DNA of 64,000 bases from the human T2T-CHM13v2.0 reference genome, Homo sapiens. The notes beneath the pieces are model-generated. The model worked only from the letters and a program-made list of their open reading frames with translations. It searched no databases and was not told the origin of the DNA. The stretch lies in assembly GCF_009914755.1 (NCBI RefSeq), contig NC_060930.1; one strand, given 5' to 3'. Shown piece by piece: positions 10,000 to 29,149 of the stretch; within the stretch, counting starts at the first letter, position 1; the number at the start of each line of letters is the position of its first letter. A program made the position numbers and the translations under genes.

Positions 10000-12165
10000 A
10001 TCCCCCCGGAAGCCCTGTAGACCATCACGGATGCCGAGGTTTAGGTAACTCTCACAGTGGAAGGTAAGTCTGTCCCCTTCTTAATCAATACGGAGGCTAC
10101 CCACTCCACATTACCTTCTTTTCAAGGGCCTGTTTCCCTTGCCTCCATAACTGTTGTGGGTATTGACGGCCAGGCTTCTAAACCTCTTAAAACTCCCCAC
10201 CTCTGGTGCCAACTTAGACAATACTCTTTTAAGCACTCCTTTTTAATTATCCCCACCTGCCCAGTTCCCTTATTAGGCTGAGACACTTTAACTAAATTAT
10301 CTGCTTCCCTGACTATTCCTGGATTACAGCTACATCTCATTGCTGCCCTTCTTCCCAATCCAAAGCCTCCTTTGCGTCCTCCTCTTGTATTCCCCCACCT
10401 TAACCCACAAGTATAAGATACCTCTACTCCCTCCTTGGCGACCGATCATGCACCCCTTACCATCTCATTAAAACCTAATCACCCTTACCCCACTCAATGC
10501 CAAGATCCCATCCCACAGCATGCTTTGAAAGGATTAAAGCCTGTTATCACTCGCCTGCTACAGCATGGCCTTTTAAAGCCTATAAACTCTCCTTACAATT
10601 CCCCCATTTTACCTGTCCTAAAACCAGACAAGCCTTACAAGTTAGTTCAGGATCTATGCCTTATCAACCAAATTGTTTTGCCTACCCACCCCATGGTGCC
10701 AAACCCATATACTCTCCCATCCTCAATACCTTCCTCCACAACTCACTATTCTGTTCTTGATCTTAAAGAGCCTTTTTTCACTATTCCCCTGCACCCCTCA
10801 TCCCAGCCTCTATTTTCTTTCACTTAGACTGACCCTGACACCCATCAGGCTCAGCAAATCACCTGGGCTGTACTGCCGCAAGTCTTCACAGAGAGACCCC
10901 ATTACTTCAGTCAAGCCCAAATTTCATCCTCATCTGTTACCTATCTCGGCATAATTCTCATAAAAACACACGTGCTCTCCCTGCTGATCGTGTCCGATTA
11001 ATCTCCCAAACCTCAATCCCTTACAAAACAACAACTCCTTTCCTTCCTAGGCATGGTTAGTGCAGTCAGAATTCTTACACAAGAGCCAGGACCGCACCCT
11101 GTAGCCTTTCTGTCCAAACAACTTGACCTTACTGTTTTAGCCTAGCCCTCATGTCTGCGTGCAGCGGCTGCTGCTGCTTTAATACTTTTAGAGGCCCTAA
11201 AAATTGCAAACTATGCTCAACTCACTCTCTACATTTCTCATAACTTCCAAAATCTATTTTCTTCCTCATACCTGATGCATATACTTTCTGCTCCTGGCTC
11301 CTTCAGCTGTACTCACTCTTTAAGTCCCACAATTACCATTGTTCCTGGCCCAGACTTCAATCTGGTGTCCCACATTATTCCTGATACCACACCTGACCCC
11401 CATGACTGCATCTCTCTGATCCACCTGATATTCACCCCATTTCCCCATATTTCCTTCTTTCCTGTTCCTCACCCTGATCACGCTTGATTTATTGATGGCA
11501 GTTCCACCAGGCCTAATCGCCACACACCAGCAAAGGCAGGCTATGCTACAGTACAAGCCACTAGCCCGCCTCTCAGAACCTCTCATTTCCTTTCCATCGT
11601 GGAAATCTATCCTCAAGGAAATAACTTCTCAGTGTTCCATCTGCTATTCTACTACTCCTCAGGGATTATTCAGGCCCCCTCCCTTCCCTACACATCAAGC
11701 TCTAGGATTTGCCCCCACCCAGGACTGGCAAATTAGCTTTACTCAACATGCCCTGAGTCAGGAAACTAAAATACCTCTTAGTCTAAATAGACACTTTCAC
11801 TGAATAAGTAAAGGCATTTCCTACAGGGTCTGAGAAGGCCATCGCAGTCATTTCTTCCCTTCTGTCAGACATAATTCCTCAGTTTAGCCTTCCCACCTCT
11901 ATACAGTCTGAAAACAGACCAGCCTTTATTAGTCAAATCAGCCAAGCAGTTTTTCAGGCTCTTAGTATTCAGTGAAACCTTTATATCCCTTACAGTCCTC
12001 GGTCTTCAAGAAAAGTAGAACGGACTAAAGGTCTTTTAAAAACACACCTCACCAAGCTCAGCCACCAACTTAAAAAGGACTTGACAATACTTTTACCACT
12101 TTCGCTTCTCAGAATTCAGGCCTGTCCTCAGGCTGCTACAAGGTACAGCCCATTTGAGCTCCTTT
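10000..12165 (+). pseudogene. pol: HERV-H pro-pol remnant (PR, RT, RNase H, IN; deleted and interrupted)
   Basis: Protease FLINTEATHS (DTGA motif degraded); RT SPYNSPILPVLKPDKPYKLVQDL and YSVLDLK; RNase H FIDGSS near 11488; integrase-like segment 11700-12160. Confidence 0.92.
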
Positions 12166-12783
12166 TTATTAGGCCCCAGTCTCATTCCAGACACCAGACC
12201 AACTTAGACTGTGCCCCAAAAAAACTGGTCATCCCTACTATTTTCTGTCTAGTCATACTCCTATTCTCCGTTCTCAACTACTCATACATGTCCTGCTCTT
12301 GTTTACACTGCCGGTTTACACTGTTTCTCCAAGCCATCACAGCTGATATCTCCTCCTGCTATCCCCAAACTGCCACTCCTAACTCTTGAAGTAAATAAAT
12401 AATCTTTGCTGGCAGGACTATGCTGAATCTCCTTAGGCACTCTCTAATCAGATGTCCTAGGTCCTCCCAATTCTTAGAACTTTTATACCTGTTTTTCTCC
12501 TTTTCTTATTCCATTTAGTTTTTCAATTCATACAAAACCATATCCAGGCCATCACCAATAATTCTACATAACAAATGTTTCTTCTAACAACCCCACAATA
12601 TCACCCCTTATCACAAAATCTTCCTTCAGCTTAACCTCTCCCACTTTAGGTTCCCACGCTGCCCCGAATCCCGCTTGAAGCAGCCCTGAGAAACATCGCC
12701 CATTCTCTCTCCATACCACCTCCCAAAAATTTTTGCCGCCCCAAGACTTCAACACTATTTTGTTTTATTTTTTTTATGAATAT

Positions 12784-12796
12784 AAGAAGGCAGGAA
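12784..12796 (+). other. Polypurine tract
   Basis: aagaaggcaggaa immediately before the 3' LTR. Confidence 0.85.
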
Positions 12797-13227
12797 TGTC
12801 GGGCCTCTGAGCCCAAGCCAAGCCATGGCATCCCCTGTGACTTGCACGTATACATCCAGATGGCCTGAAGTAACTGAAGATCCACAAAAGAAGTAAAAAT
12901 AGCCTTAACTGATGACATTCCACCATTGTGATTTGTTCCTGCCCCACCCTAACTGATCAATGTACTTTGTAATCTCCCCCACCCTTAAGAAGGTTCTTTG
13001 TAATTCTCCCCATCCTTGAGAATGTACTTTGTGAGATCCACCCCTGCCCGCAAAACATTGCTCTTAACTTCACCGCCTATCCCAAAACCTATAAGAACCA
13101 ATGATAATCCACCACTCTTTGCTGACTCTCTTTTCAGACTCAGCCCACCTGCACCCAGGTGAAATAAACAGCCATGTTGCTCACACAAAGCCTGTTTGGT
13201 GGTCTCTTCACACGGATGCACATGAAA
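12797..13227 (+). promoter_or_regulatory. 3' LTR (LTR7B)
   Basis: 431 bp; differs from the 5' LTR by 4 substitutions and a 1-bp indel by my manual alignment. Confidence 0.95.
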
Positions 13228-13779
13228 AACTTTACATGTCAGATTTGACTAATTGCTAGTGGAGGAAGGTACATTTTTGAAAGAACTAAACATCATAACC
13301 AGGAAATGGGATTTTGTGAAAAATGATAGAAAACTGTAGAAAGGTAATTTAAAGAAGGATATACCTTTCAAAGGGAAGCAGGGAGCAAGGACCTGAGGAC
13401 AGGGATGCAAAGTTAGAAATTTGGGATTTTCACAAGAGAGTCCCTGAAAAGAACTTTACTTCTTGTGGCTTTGCCAGTGAACTGTAAGAATAGTCATCAA
13501 AATATAATACTTTTTTCTTGTTAGTTACCCTGATCAGGTCAGTAAACCTGATACATTTGTGCAAACTTACAGGATATCATTGTAGAGAATAAGGTCATGA
13601 GGCATTTATGGGAAGCCTGGCTCCCCATGCTTTGGAACTGAGTACAACTAGCAGTGAAGTGAGGAGTGGTTCCAAGCAACAAAAGAAGGGCAGTTCCTGA
13701 ATCTACAGCTTACGAGGAATTATGGGTAAACCTCCACTTGTTCCATCCATGCTAGAGCAATGGGAAGGAACATCAGTTG

Positions 13780-14165
13780 GGTTGCATGTATTTACTCTCT
13801 CCTCTACCTCACCTCTCATTTACATCTCACCACCTTCTGTAATCTACTGAAGCAGTTCTTGTAATCAACTACCTTCTAATCACCAAATCCAGGAAATATT
13901 TTCCAAACACTATTTTTTGAAGCCGTCTCCTCATTTGGCACTATGATCTCCTTAAAATTTACAACTACTTTCACTTCCCAGAGATCACTCACTCCTCATT
14001 CTTTTACTTCTCTACTTCTTCTGTGAGGCTTTATTCTCTACTTCCCTTCCAGATTCATTTTCCTTTGCCCACTGTTTTAATGTTAGTCTATCCCCGGCCA
14101 TCTTCTGTAGTTTATGACTTTACTTACTCTACACAAAGTCCCTGAATCATCTTATCCTTCTGCTT
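13780..14165 (+). mobile_element. L2 fragment
   Basis: Pyrimidine-rich degenerate L2 ORF2-type sequence (ctaatcaccaaatccagg...tcatttggcactatgatc). Confidence 0.55.
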
Positions 14166-14170
14166 TAACA

Positions 14171-14171
<1 letters not shown>

Positions 14172-14203
<32 letters not shown>

Positions 14204-14217
14204 GTACACACACACAG
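14172..14217. repeat. (CA)n microsatellite
   Basis: Seen directly. Confidence 0.95.
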
Positions 14218-14649
14218 ATTGGCTAATTCAGAAAGCCCAGTCATGAAATTGCTAGGAAGGATGTAAAAGCAGGCTTCGGTGACCAGAAGGAGTGGAAGGA
14301 CACTAGGCAGCAGAGAATGTGGCCAAGGTCACCCAGCAGGAAGTTGGTTTGACTTCTTTGCTCATTTTGTCCCATGTGATACTAGCTACCGTAATTGGTG
14401 GACCATCGTGGACCAGCTACCACTGTTATGAGCAATCAGTCAATGTTCTTCCATCTTGGCACACCAGATTCAAAATCCTGAGCAGGCGCATCTGAAATGG
14501 TCATACTACTTTGCGCAGAGAGAGAATGTTAAGTCCTTTTGGGTGCCCTGATTCCCATCTAAACTCACACAATGGGGAATTCCTGAAAGAAAAATAAACA
14601 CAATCAGGTAACAAGCACCCAGAACAATACATACATACATACGTACATA

Positions 14650-14980
14650 TATACATCACAGCATCCCAGAGTTCTCATGGCCCTAAACTGCCCCCACATC
14701 CCCGTGGCAATCACTGTCCTAATTTTCAACAGCATAATTTAGTTTTCTCACATTTTGAACTATTTGTGAGAATTACTAGTGGCATCATATGTGTTTTTAA
14801 ATCATTTATTCCCATTTTACATAAAATTCAATTATATGGATATATCAAAATGTGTTTTCATTTTGTCCATGTTCAACTAATATGATTAGTGTTACTATGA
14901 GCATTCTTGTATATGTTTTATGGTAAATGGATGAGCATATTTCTGCCAGGAAGAGAACTTTTTAACATTTTTCACTATAC
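14650..14980 (-). mobile_element. Old L1M 3'-end fragment
   Basis: aatcactgtcctaattttcaacagcata and ttactatgagcattcttgtatatgtttt resemble L1M 3' regions. Confidence 0.55.
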
Positions 14981-14998
14981 CATTTTTGCTCACATTTA

Positions 14999-15319
<321 letters not shown>

Positions 15320-15529
15320 CATTTTTGCACACATTTAGAACTACCCTGTAGATATACACATTACCTCAGTTTCCAGTACAACACAAAAGTACAAATGAAA
15401 GAAAAGTGCAAAAAATTACTTAATGGATGTGATACATTCTAATGTTTCCCGCTCTATTTTTTAATGCATTCAATTTTTTTTTTTTAAACCTTGAGCTACA
15501 GGATAAAAGCGAGAGGCCTTGGAGGAGTA

Positions 15530-15950
15530 CCCATTGCTGCTTCCATCCCTGTCCATCTTGTCAGCCTCACGTCCTGCCCCTCCCTACCTAAACTTTTTCT
15601 GTCCTAGCCATAAATGACTGTTTAGGATTTCCTGCTTCTCCCCTCCATACAGGCATTTGCTCATTTTTCCCCCTCTGTCCTTAGTGTGCCAATCCTCATC
15701 CCCATTTTATCCAAATGCCTTTTCTTAACCAGACCTCCCACCCCAAGTCAACCTTAGGTGGCCTCATGAGTATTCCATCATGCACTCGAAGTATCTCTAC
15801 TATTTTATCAACTATTCTGCATGATACTGATTTATGTATCTGTGAGGCCCTTGAGGGCAGCAACTGCTTCCTTCATTATTATAGCTCTAGGATTTAGCAC
15901 AAAACCAGCATGAAGCATATAGTCAATAAATATTTATTATATAAATGATT
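15530..15950 (+). mobile_element. L2 3' end
   Basis: tgtgaggcccttgagggcagcaac ... tagcacaaaaccagc ... tcaataaatatttatt. Confidence 0.65.
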
Positions 15951-15959
15951 TAACTTAAA

Positions 15960-16140
15960 TTCAGAAACCTGGGTTTCAGTTCCAGGTCTGCTTTTCATTA
16001 TCTACTTGTGTTTTGGCAGGTTGCTTATCTTAAGTGAGACTTGGTTTTCTTATCTGCTAAAGAGAGGGATCATAATATTCATCCAACTGACTGAGATTGT
16101 TAAGATCAAATAAGACAATGCAATTACACAACCCCTTATA
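15960..16140 (+). mobile_element. MIR
   Basis: acctgggtttcagttccaggtctgc ... ggttttcttatctgctaaa. Confidence 0.65.
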
Positions 16141-17619
16141 AAAGTGTGTATATAGATATATACACATATATACACACATATGTGTATATATACTGTGCTA
16201 ACAGATTAGAAAATTAGATTCATGTCATGTTTTTCGTGTGTTTTATTCTTGGTACATTACATTTGTTACTCAATGTTTCAGTTAAGTTGAATCTGCTTTA
16301 TGAAACTTAAAATCCTCATGTTATTAAATGTCAGACACAGTGCTTAAATATATAGTTAGGAGAGTCAAGGAGTCAAGTATTCCATCAACCAGTTGAATCT
16401 AAGCTAAGACCATATCTAACTTAAAATACATAAATTTTTTTAGTAGATATTGCTTATCCAAACCAAATCTTCAGCTTTCAATGTGTGTGGTAAGCTGTAA
16501 TATATCTTAGAAGAAATTAGGATACATGCAACATGATACTTCTGAAAAGGTTCACACTGTGTAAAAAGTCCATTTGTGTCCATGCACTACCTGATATGTA
16601 ATCCCAGCCCCATTCTGCATTTTTAATACAGGCAAAATGCCCATTAAAACAAATACATTGATAACATGAAAGTATCCATTATTCACCCTATTGGCTGAGT
16701 TAATCTTTAAATATTAAAAAGCAAATATAACTTTCTTTTACTGAAAAGAGCCTGAAAGAAACAGGATAAAGTCATCAGGAATAAAGGCAAGATGGTAAAT
16801 TGAAGAATGGAAAAGGATTTTTAAAATCCAGATAAAACTAGGGAAATTTAGGGCAGGGTTATAAACTAAAATGTAGATGTTTACATACAATACATCCAGG
16901 CAGATGTTTCTGTAAGTATGTGAAGCCTGTAGGGTCCGAGGGTTGCAACTTCTGAGTACTGGTGATTGCGGCAAACCAGCTCAAGCCCAGGCTGAAGAAG
17001 GCAGCCTCTATTGGCTTTTGCTCATAACCATGCCAGAAATACAGACACAGCATTGCCAGAAGTTCTGACTTTGCACAGAAAATTATTTCAATTTTATGTC
17101 AACTTTCTAGATTTTCAACGTTATTTCCATTTTTAAGCTGTACAGGCCAAAAAATAACAGCTTTGAATCAGATCCAGGCTTCTCATCTACCAGTGTGAAA
17201 AATTTAACATCCCTCACCCCCCAAACAAAACCAGAACAAATAAGGATGATACTAAATACAGATTATGTGCCAATAATAAAGTGATTTTTAAGTGAAGAGA
17301 ATGCTTATTATTATGGCTAATAAGCATTGGTATTACAGTTAGTTATCTCATTAGGTTATTTGATACACTTAATTTTTTCAGTTTTAGAGGAATATTTAGC
17401 AATTAGAATATGTCTAGAAAAAGTAATCTAAAATAGCATGTCTGGAAAGGCTAGGGAAAGGTTACACCAATTTCTATCAAGAGAGTTGTAGTTATTTACC
17501 CAACTTCCCATGAAAATTGAGTATGGTGACTCATTGCCTCTTTGGGCTTTTGCATTTCCTGTTTTCTTTACGTGAAATGTCCTTCTATCTAGTCTTTTAC
17601 CTGATTAATTCTACATGGA

Positions 17620-17880
17620 TAACATCTCCAGAAAATCTTCCCTGCACTCCCAAAACTGAGCCCTTCTTATGTTTTTTATTACATTTGGTGTATATTCCTA
17701 TTGTAGTACATCCCTTGTTATTCCTTCTTTATTTATCTTCCTCCTGTAGATCATTCATTCCTTGGGGATTATGTCTTGTTCATTTTTAAATCCTAGGACC
17801 TAGCCTAATGGGAACATATAAAGGATACGTAATAAATATTGATGAATAGATAAATGAATCAATGAATATATCAATCAATG
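17620..17880 (+). mobile_element. L2 3' end
   Basis: Ends aataaatattgatgaatagataaatgaatcaatgaat, a typical L2 tail. Confidence 0.6.
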
Positions 17881-18078
17881 GACAGGTGACTTTTTCATCT
17901 GACATAGATATACATAGGCTACTGTTATTTTGTAAGTTTCTCACAAATTTACATTCTACCCAGGAAATATACTTGGCCTTGCAAACATTTATAACATGTT
18001 GAAAAACTATACTTGCAGATGTTATAGGAGAATTAAAGGTACTAGCATTTATTGATTATCAGTGATATGCCAAATTTC

Positions 18079-18392
18079 TTTTCTTTTTTTTTTTTTTTTT
18101 TTTTTTTTGAGAGGGAGTTCCATTCTGTTACCCAGGCTAGAGTACAGTGTTGCAATCTTGGCTCACTGCAAGCTCTGCTTCCTGGGTTCCAGCGATTCTC
18201 CAGAGCCTTAGCCTCCCGAGTAGCTGGAATGACAGGCATGCACCACGACGCCCAGCTAATTTTTGTATTTTTAGTAGAGACAGGGTTTCGCCATGTTGGC
18301 CAGGCTGCTCTCAAACTCCTGACCTCAAGTGATCCACCCTCCTCGGCCTCCCAAAGTGCTGGGATTACAGACGTGAGCCACCACGCCCAGTC
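18079..18392 (-). mobile_element. AluSx/Sz
   Basis: ccatgttggccaggctg, gacctcaagtgatcc; TSD ccaaatttc on both sides. Confidence 0.93.
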
Positions 18393-18434
18393 CCAAATTT
18401 CATTATGTATTCTTCAAAATAACTCCAAAAGTTA

Positions 18435-18580
18435 GTCATTATTATTCTTACTTCACAAATAAAGAAAAAGGGTGATGAAAATTGAGTAAGTTGTGTAAGA
18501 TCACATATTGATAAAGCGAGGGAACCACAATTCTAAAGAAGGTTCTTTTAGGCTCCAGAGTTCATGATCTTTCCCTGATA
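18435..18580 (-). mobile_element. MIR
   Basis: cttacttcacaaataaagaaa ... agtaagttgtgtaagatcaca. Confidence 0.6.
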
Positions 18581-20287
18581 GCAATGCTGCTTTTCTATAA
18601 GCTCTGATGGAAAGGAGGGCTTCCTTGAAAGAGTTGCACTGACTTTCACAGGATGTTTCTCAGAGTAATTTACTCTTAAAGAGCCATAACTGTGTGCATG
18701 GTAAGACGGATGCACATATATTTGTTAGAAAGAGGTTGTTACTTAAATTTCACTTAAAATGTACTACAATGTCCTTGTTTCTGGAAATTTATTTGTTCTG
18801 ATGAAACACTTCGTGGTCTCTATTATTATGTAATATTTTTCATTATCTTTCCATTATCTCAACATCTAATCTCTTGCTAAGTGGAACACAGATGAGAAGT
18901 GGACAAATCTGTGTTGGAGTTCTAAGAGCCTACTGAGAGGAAAGGGGTTAAGTCATTGATGAAACTCCTTCCCTTTCATGTTGAACGTCTTCAGAAACTA
19001 AGTTAACATGCTCCAATTTGGACTCTTGTCACCAGATTTGATCAAAGGCTCTGTCTGCTTCTCTTATTTGCTTAGATAATGCCTTCTATCCCTGAAAGAC
19101 TCAGTTCAGATTTTACCTACTTTAAAAAATCTGTATGTATCAGGATCTAAAGAGAAAAGCAGATACAAACTAATCTAAGTATGTCAAACACAAGAAATTA
19201 GAACAGGAAATTGACTTTGCATAAGAGGAAGAGTCTAAGAATCCAGCTAGGGCAGAGTAGGTCAACCCTAAGAATAAGGAAAACAGGAAACTATCCCGAA
19301 GCTTAGAAGACCAAAGGAGAAAATGGCATTACTAGGAACAACTGCAGAAAGCTGGAATCCCAGAAGGGCTGCCTGGTAGAAACTAGAATCACAAAAATAA
19401 CCTCCCTCCTCATGTCCCATTAGTGGCAACCACTGATGACTGGTCTCGTTTATAAGATCAGTTGACTCAGGAGGCTAGAAAACAGAGCCTCCTGAGGTTA
19501 GTCCTCCTGAGAAAAAGAACAGAACAAGGTAAGGCTGAGGAGTGGAAGGAAGAATAAAAACCCCGTCTCTAACCCTAAACACTATCCCAGCTTCTCCACT
19601 TCCATACATGTTAGTTGTCCTTCTTATGCTCCCATGAAATATGATTACATCTCTTTGCACTGTGGTCCTCTTACTTCTGTGGGAGATGATGAGGTGCATG
19701 AGATCAGGGACTGTGAATATTTTATGACTAAATGAATAAATGAATGAATGTCCCATAGTGCTTTCCTGCTAATAGATACTACTGCTTTATTTTCAGTCTC
19801 ATATTACTGATTGTTTTTCAAAAGCACACACCATTGAACACTGAGGCTTGCCCATGTATTAGAACCTGGAAATTAGTTGGGCTTAACTTCTGGATGTTAT
19901 AGCTGAATGTTATAGGGGATTTTAGCCATTCCTTTCCATCCTGTAGTTCTATAAATATACTGCCATGCCTTAGGGTATTTCAAAATAGACAGTATAAATT
20001 CTAGGAGTCTTAAAATGTTTACTAAATAAGGAATAAGATGCATCATTTACACAAATTTTGAGAAAAATGCCTGAGGAACAATAAAATACTTCCTTTGTAT
20101 TAGAGAACTGACAACCATATGTTTTCCTGTTAATCTTTCATATTATATCTTTAAAAAATCATGTGATCTTATAGTAAAATATTTTCAATATGTAAAATAT
20201 CTTCCTTTTTTAGATGACAAAGAAAATAAGATATCACGTTAAAAATAGTTATTTCTTTTAATTAGAAGAGGCAGTTTCTACTTTCTT

Positions 20288-24097
<3,810 letters not shown>

Positions 24098-24217
24098 AGT
24101 TTCTACTTTCTTATTGTGAAAATACATTCTGTAAAGTCATTTGGTGTCAAGTATTTGTTCAGCTCATGTGTTTCTGAATTGAAGCATGCTGTTTTACAGA
24201 AGGGCTTGTTAATTGAA

Positions 24218-24410
24218 CACTGTTTCCCAAACTGTGTTCTGTGGTGCACAGCAATGCAGGGTTTAACAAGGTATTATATTAATAGATAATTCCATGGCCA
24301 ATTAATTTTGGGAAATGATGGATTAAAAAATGAATAATCAAGTTTATTTACTGGAGAAATTATTAAGAGTCTTTAATATGTTAATGCACTGCAAATCTCC
24401 AAGGAAGAAA
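24218..24410 (+). mobile_element. Charlie4-like hAT fragment
   Basis: cactgtttcccaaactgtgttc ... ttttgggaaatg ... ctttaatatgttaatgcactgcaaatctccaag. Confidence 0.6.
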
Positions 24411-24699
24411 GAGAACATCATTTTTGGCAGAATACTTGCATAATGTGAGAAATTCTATATAAGAAGAAAATACAAATTTACGGTAAGTTACAGAACACAA
24501 CTACCAAAACATTACTTTCTATTGGATAAATACATGAATATATAACCATAAGGAATAGAAGTTTCAAACTGATTAGATGAAAATGTTCTGTCTAGAGGGG
24601 AATTCAATGAGTAAAACAAAAAACTTACAGGCAACACCCAAATAAAATGAGGTGATAACATATCCACAAGAAACCCAGAATATGGGCAAATAGAGCTAA

Positions 24700-25730
<1,031 letters not shown>

Positions 25731-27883
25731 ACTTACTAATCAATTTTACCTGCATAAGTAACATCTCATTTCTGAACTAGGGGTGGCTCCATATGCAATG
25801 ATTGCATTATCTTTATACATTTTCATGACTTAAATGCTTTATGATAAATTCAAAAGCCAATCTAACTCATATTTTTTCTATGACTGTATGACATAGGGTT
25901 CTCTAGTTACACCCATAATCTGGAGCAAATCTCTCTGTAGTTTCTTTGAGTTCCAATCCCCAATGCATTTACTCTCCTGTGCTACAACACATATAGACAT
26001 CACTTCTCTTCCCTTTCTCCTCAGAAGAAGTTCATCATTAGTATTTAATAACAATTGCCAACTAGGCATAAATAATACGCTGCTCAAAGCCATCATAGAA
26101 AATGGTCTTTGCCAAGAAGTCATAGTTGTGCCCTGCATAGTATACTGGTACCCACCCATTTATGACAAATACACTTTCTCTGCTCAGGATTGCAGAAAGA
26201 TAATTAAATAATGATCTTTTAGTTACCAACTCTCGCACTACCAGACATTCTGCCCTCCAATGCATCAGGTTTCTTTAATGTTCCTCTAAATATCAGGACT
26301 TCACACATGGTTTTGCACTTGCTTCTTCTTTCCATTTAAAACAGAAAGACTAAAATATACAAAATTTTCCAATGTGATTGCCTCATACCGCTCTTGGGCT
26401 TCAAGTGGCTATTGTCATATTACCCCAAATGTTGTCTCTGATTTTATTACATAAACCTTGCCATTTTTCTTTAGGGGAATAAAAGGCAATTTTATATGGG
26501 ATGGCCCTGGTCTCTGTTATTTTCAGCATACCCAGATTTTTTTTTCATTCCGGCATGCTTGCAATTCTGGGAGACGGTGTATACTGACAAGGAGATTTAT
26601 CGCCAGAAGCTCCCCAGTGGAGTCAGTGGCAGGAGATAAAATTTAGTCACAATTCACATGTGTTTGAAATGAGCATTCCAAGAGAAAATGATTAATTTTC
26701 TTTTAAAACCCAGAAGAAAAAAAGGCCATACCCATAGGCATTATCACTTCTCCATGTGCTCTGGCTTCCCTTTGTCCATTTGCTGTCATATTTACATTTC
26801 CCTCACTTTTGTTGCATTTTTTTTTTCAGGCAACAAACTACCAAGTTATTATTATTCAGGAGAAAAACCTTATAAACATGTAAAAGGATTTTATTCTGTC
26901 ACAGATGCCCTTAGAAAATAATGAAATGCAGTTGGAAAATTGATGAAGTACCATAAAATGCTAGCACTAAAAAGTACGATAACAACCACCGAGTTCAAGA
27001 CCCTTATTTTGTAAATGTGGAAACTGAAACCTAAAAAGATAATGTGCCTTCTCCAAAATCCTTTCACCCATGTAGAAAGCTGAGGAGGCATAGGGAACCA
27101 AGATCTTCCAGTTTTGACGTTAAGGAATCATCACACCTGCAGGATGATGCCAGAAGTTTGACTACCAAGGCTCCATGTTTTTAGCTTAAAAGTTTAATCA
27201 ATATTAAAATATTTGCCTGCTCCTTCCCTCCGTCCAAGAAATCCCTGGAATAATTAACATTCAAATCTCTGTCAACTATACCATGCCACAAAGTCACTAC
27301 AGATAAGAAGAGGAAGAGAAGAATTTTCAAAATAAATTATCTTAACCATCAGAATATCTGATACAACTGACTTATAAGTCAGATTGCCTAAATATTTGAA
27401 CTACATTAAATAATATATGTATATATTATTGCCCATATGGGCAAGTAAGGTACAGGGATTAACTAAGAGGATGTGTGGTAAGATTTTTTGTTTATGTAGT
27501 AACTATAAGGTACTCCTTGTCTATTTTTTTTAGCATGGATATCTCACTATAAAAAATATTTTATGAACTAATGACAGAGTATCTTTAAATAGTAAACTGT
27601 TAAAACTATTAAAACAATGATTTAAAAGAAAAAATATAAGACCCAAGACACTTCTATTAAATTCTGCAGGCTGCAGGCTGATCTTCCTTGCTGAGGATAC
27701 AAAGGTGATTAAAATCTGGTTCTTATCATGGAGCAGCTCATATCCTAATAGCCTATTTTTATAATGCAAGCAAACTCTATTTGTAGAAAAAACTGATAAA
27801 GCACTTGTCAGAATGTCTAGAAGTAGGCAGTCTGTAAGTAGAAATAACTTTTATCTAAAGTTCTAAATGGTTTTAGAGCCAAA

Positions 27884-28065
27884 GAATGTCAGAGTTAGAA
27901 AGAATCTTAAGAGGTCGTTTATTTCTACACTTTAAAGGAATCCTCTATCTAATATATCTCCACTGAGTGGCTCTTCAGTTTCTGTAACCAACTCCAGTTA
28001 TTGATGCTATATTCCATTTTGGAACCTCTTTCATTATAAAATTGTCCCTTAATGTAAACTGAGTT
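27884..28065 (-). mobile_element. L3/CR1 3'-end relic
   Basis: agaatgtcagagttagaaagaatcttaagaggtc ... ttccattttggaacctct resembles the L3 3' terminus. Confidence 0.5.
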
Positions 28066-28358
28066 ATCCTAGACAATAACAGTATGTGGATTCAAATAGG
28101 GTCCCATTTAAAGCAGTATCCATATTCCACTGGCTCACATAGTAACCTGAATCTTTCCACAATGCTTCTGCTAAGCCCTTGAATTTCTAGTTGTCCCAGA
28201 AAATATCTCACAAGCATTGATCAACAGGTCAGATTGACAATTGTCATGTAGAACCTACCACTTCTGCTAGGCATGGTTGTCTCACACTGGGAACTTGCTA
28301 CCTTCCACTCTGTTCACTGAGATAGGAGTAGCTAAGGCAGCCCTGAGCTGTGCAGTAG

Positions 28359-28790
<432 letters not shown>

Positions 28791-29149
28791 TAATGCCCAG
28801 TATCATCTGCATTCACAGCTGGGCAGATATGACTCCAAAGGGAGTTACGTACCAAATACAACATGCAGATACAACACTGCACTCAGAAAACCTCCTTTCA
28901 TACAATTTCTAAGGCTTTACTACTAGGTGCTCCTGAGTTCTTCCTGCCCATACACTTCTGGAAGGACCCCTCTCAATCAACTGACCAGTCAGGTCTAAAT
29001 CCCAGAAATTCACAGCTTAGACTCATGCCTGCATCTGTGATAAATTTGAATTGAGTAAGTATGTGCATCTTATTCATCCAAATATCCCCTACAGGTAGCA
29101 CAGAGCCTCACATGTAGAAAAAATAATAATAAAAATAAACATTTACTGA

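Larger units (their letters stand above)
7619..13227 (+). mobile_element. HERV-H provirus (common deleted RTVL-H type, 5609 bp)
   Basis: Two near-identical LTRs, tRNA-His PBS, polypurine tract, gag zinc knuckles, pro/RT/RNase H/IN remnants; TSD AACTT at 7614-7618 and 13228-13232. Confidence 0.99.

Noticed and set aside
9671-12389. HERV-H gag/pro/pol ORF fragments as functional genes
   Set aside because: Protease motif is NTEA, RT is truncated before a YxDD motif, and there are many stops and deletions typical of the defective HERV-H class.
12170-12790. Possible env gene
   Set aside because: Only about 600 bp of remnant between integrase and PPT; no long ORF.
18042-18435. Alu-overlapping ORFs (also 15038, 28282-28793, 31078, 43503-43969, 49627, 61629)
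   Set aside because: Standard Alu translation artefacts ([18 protein letters not shown] / LECSG motifs).
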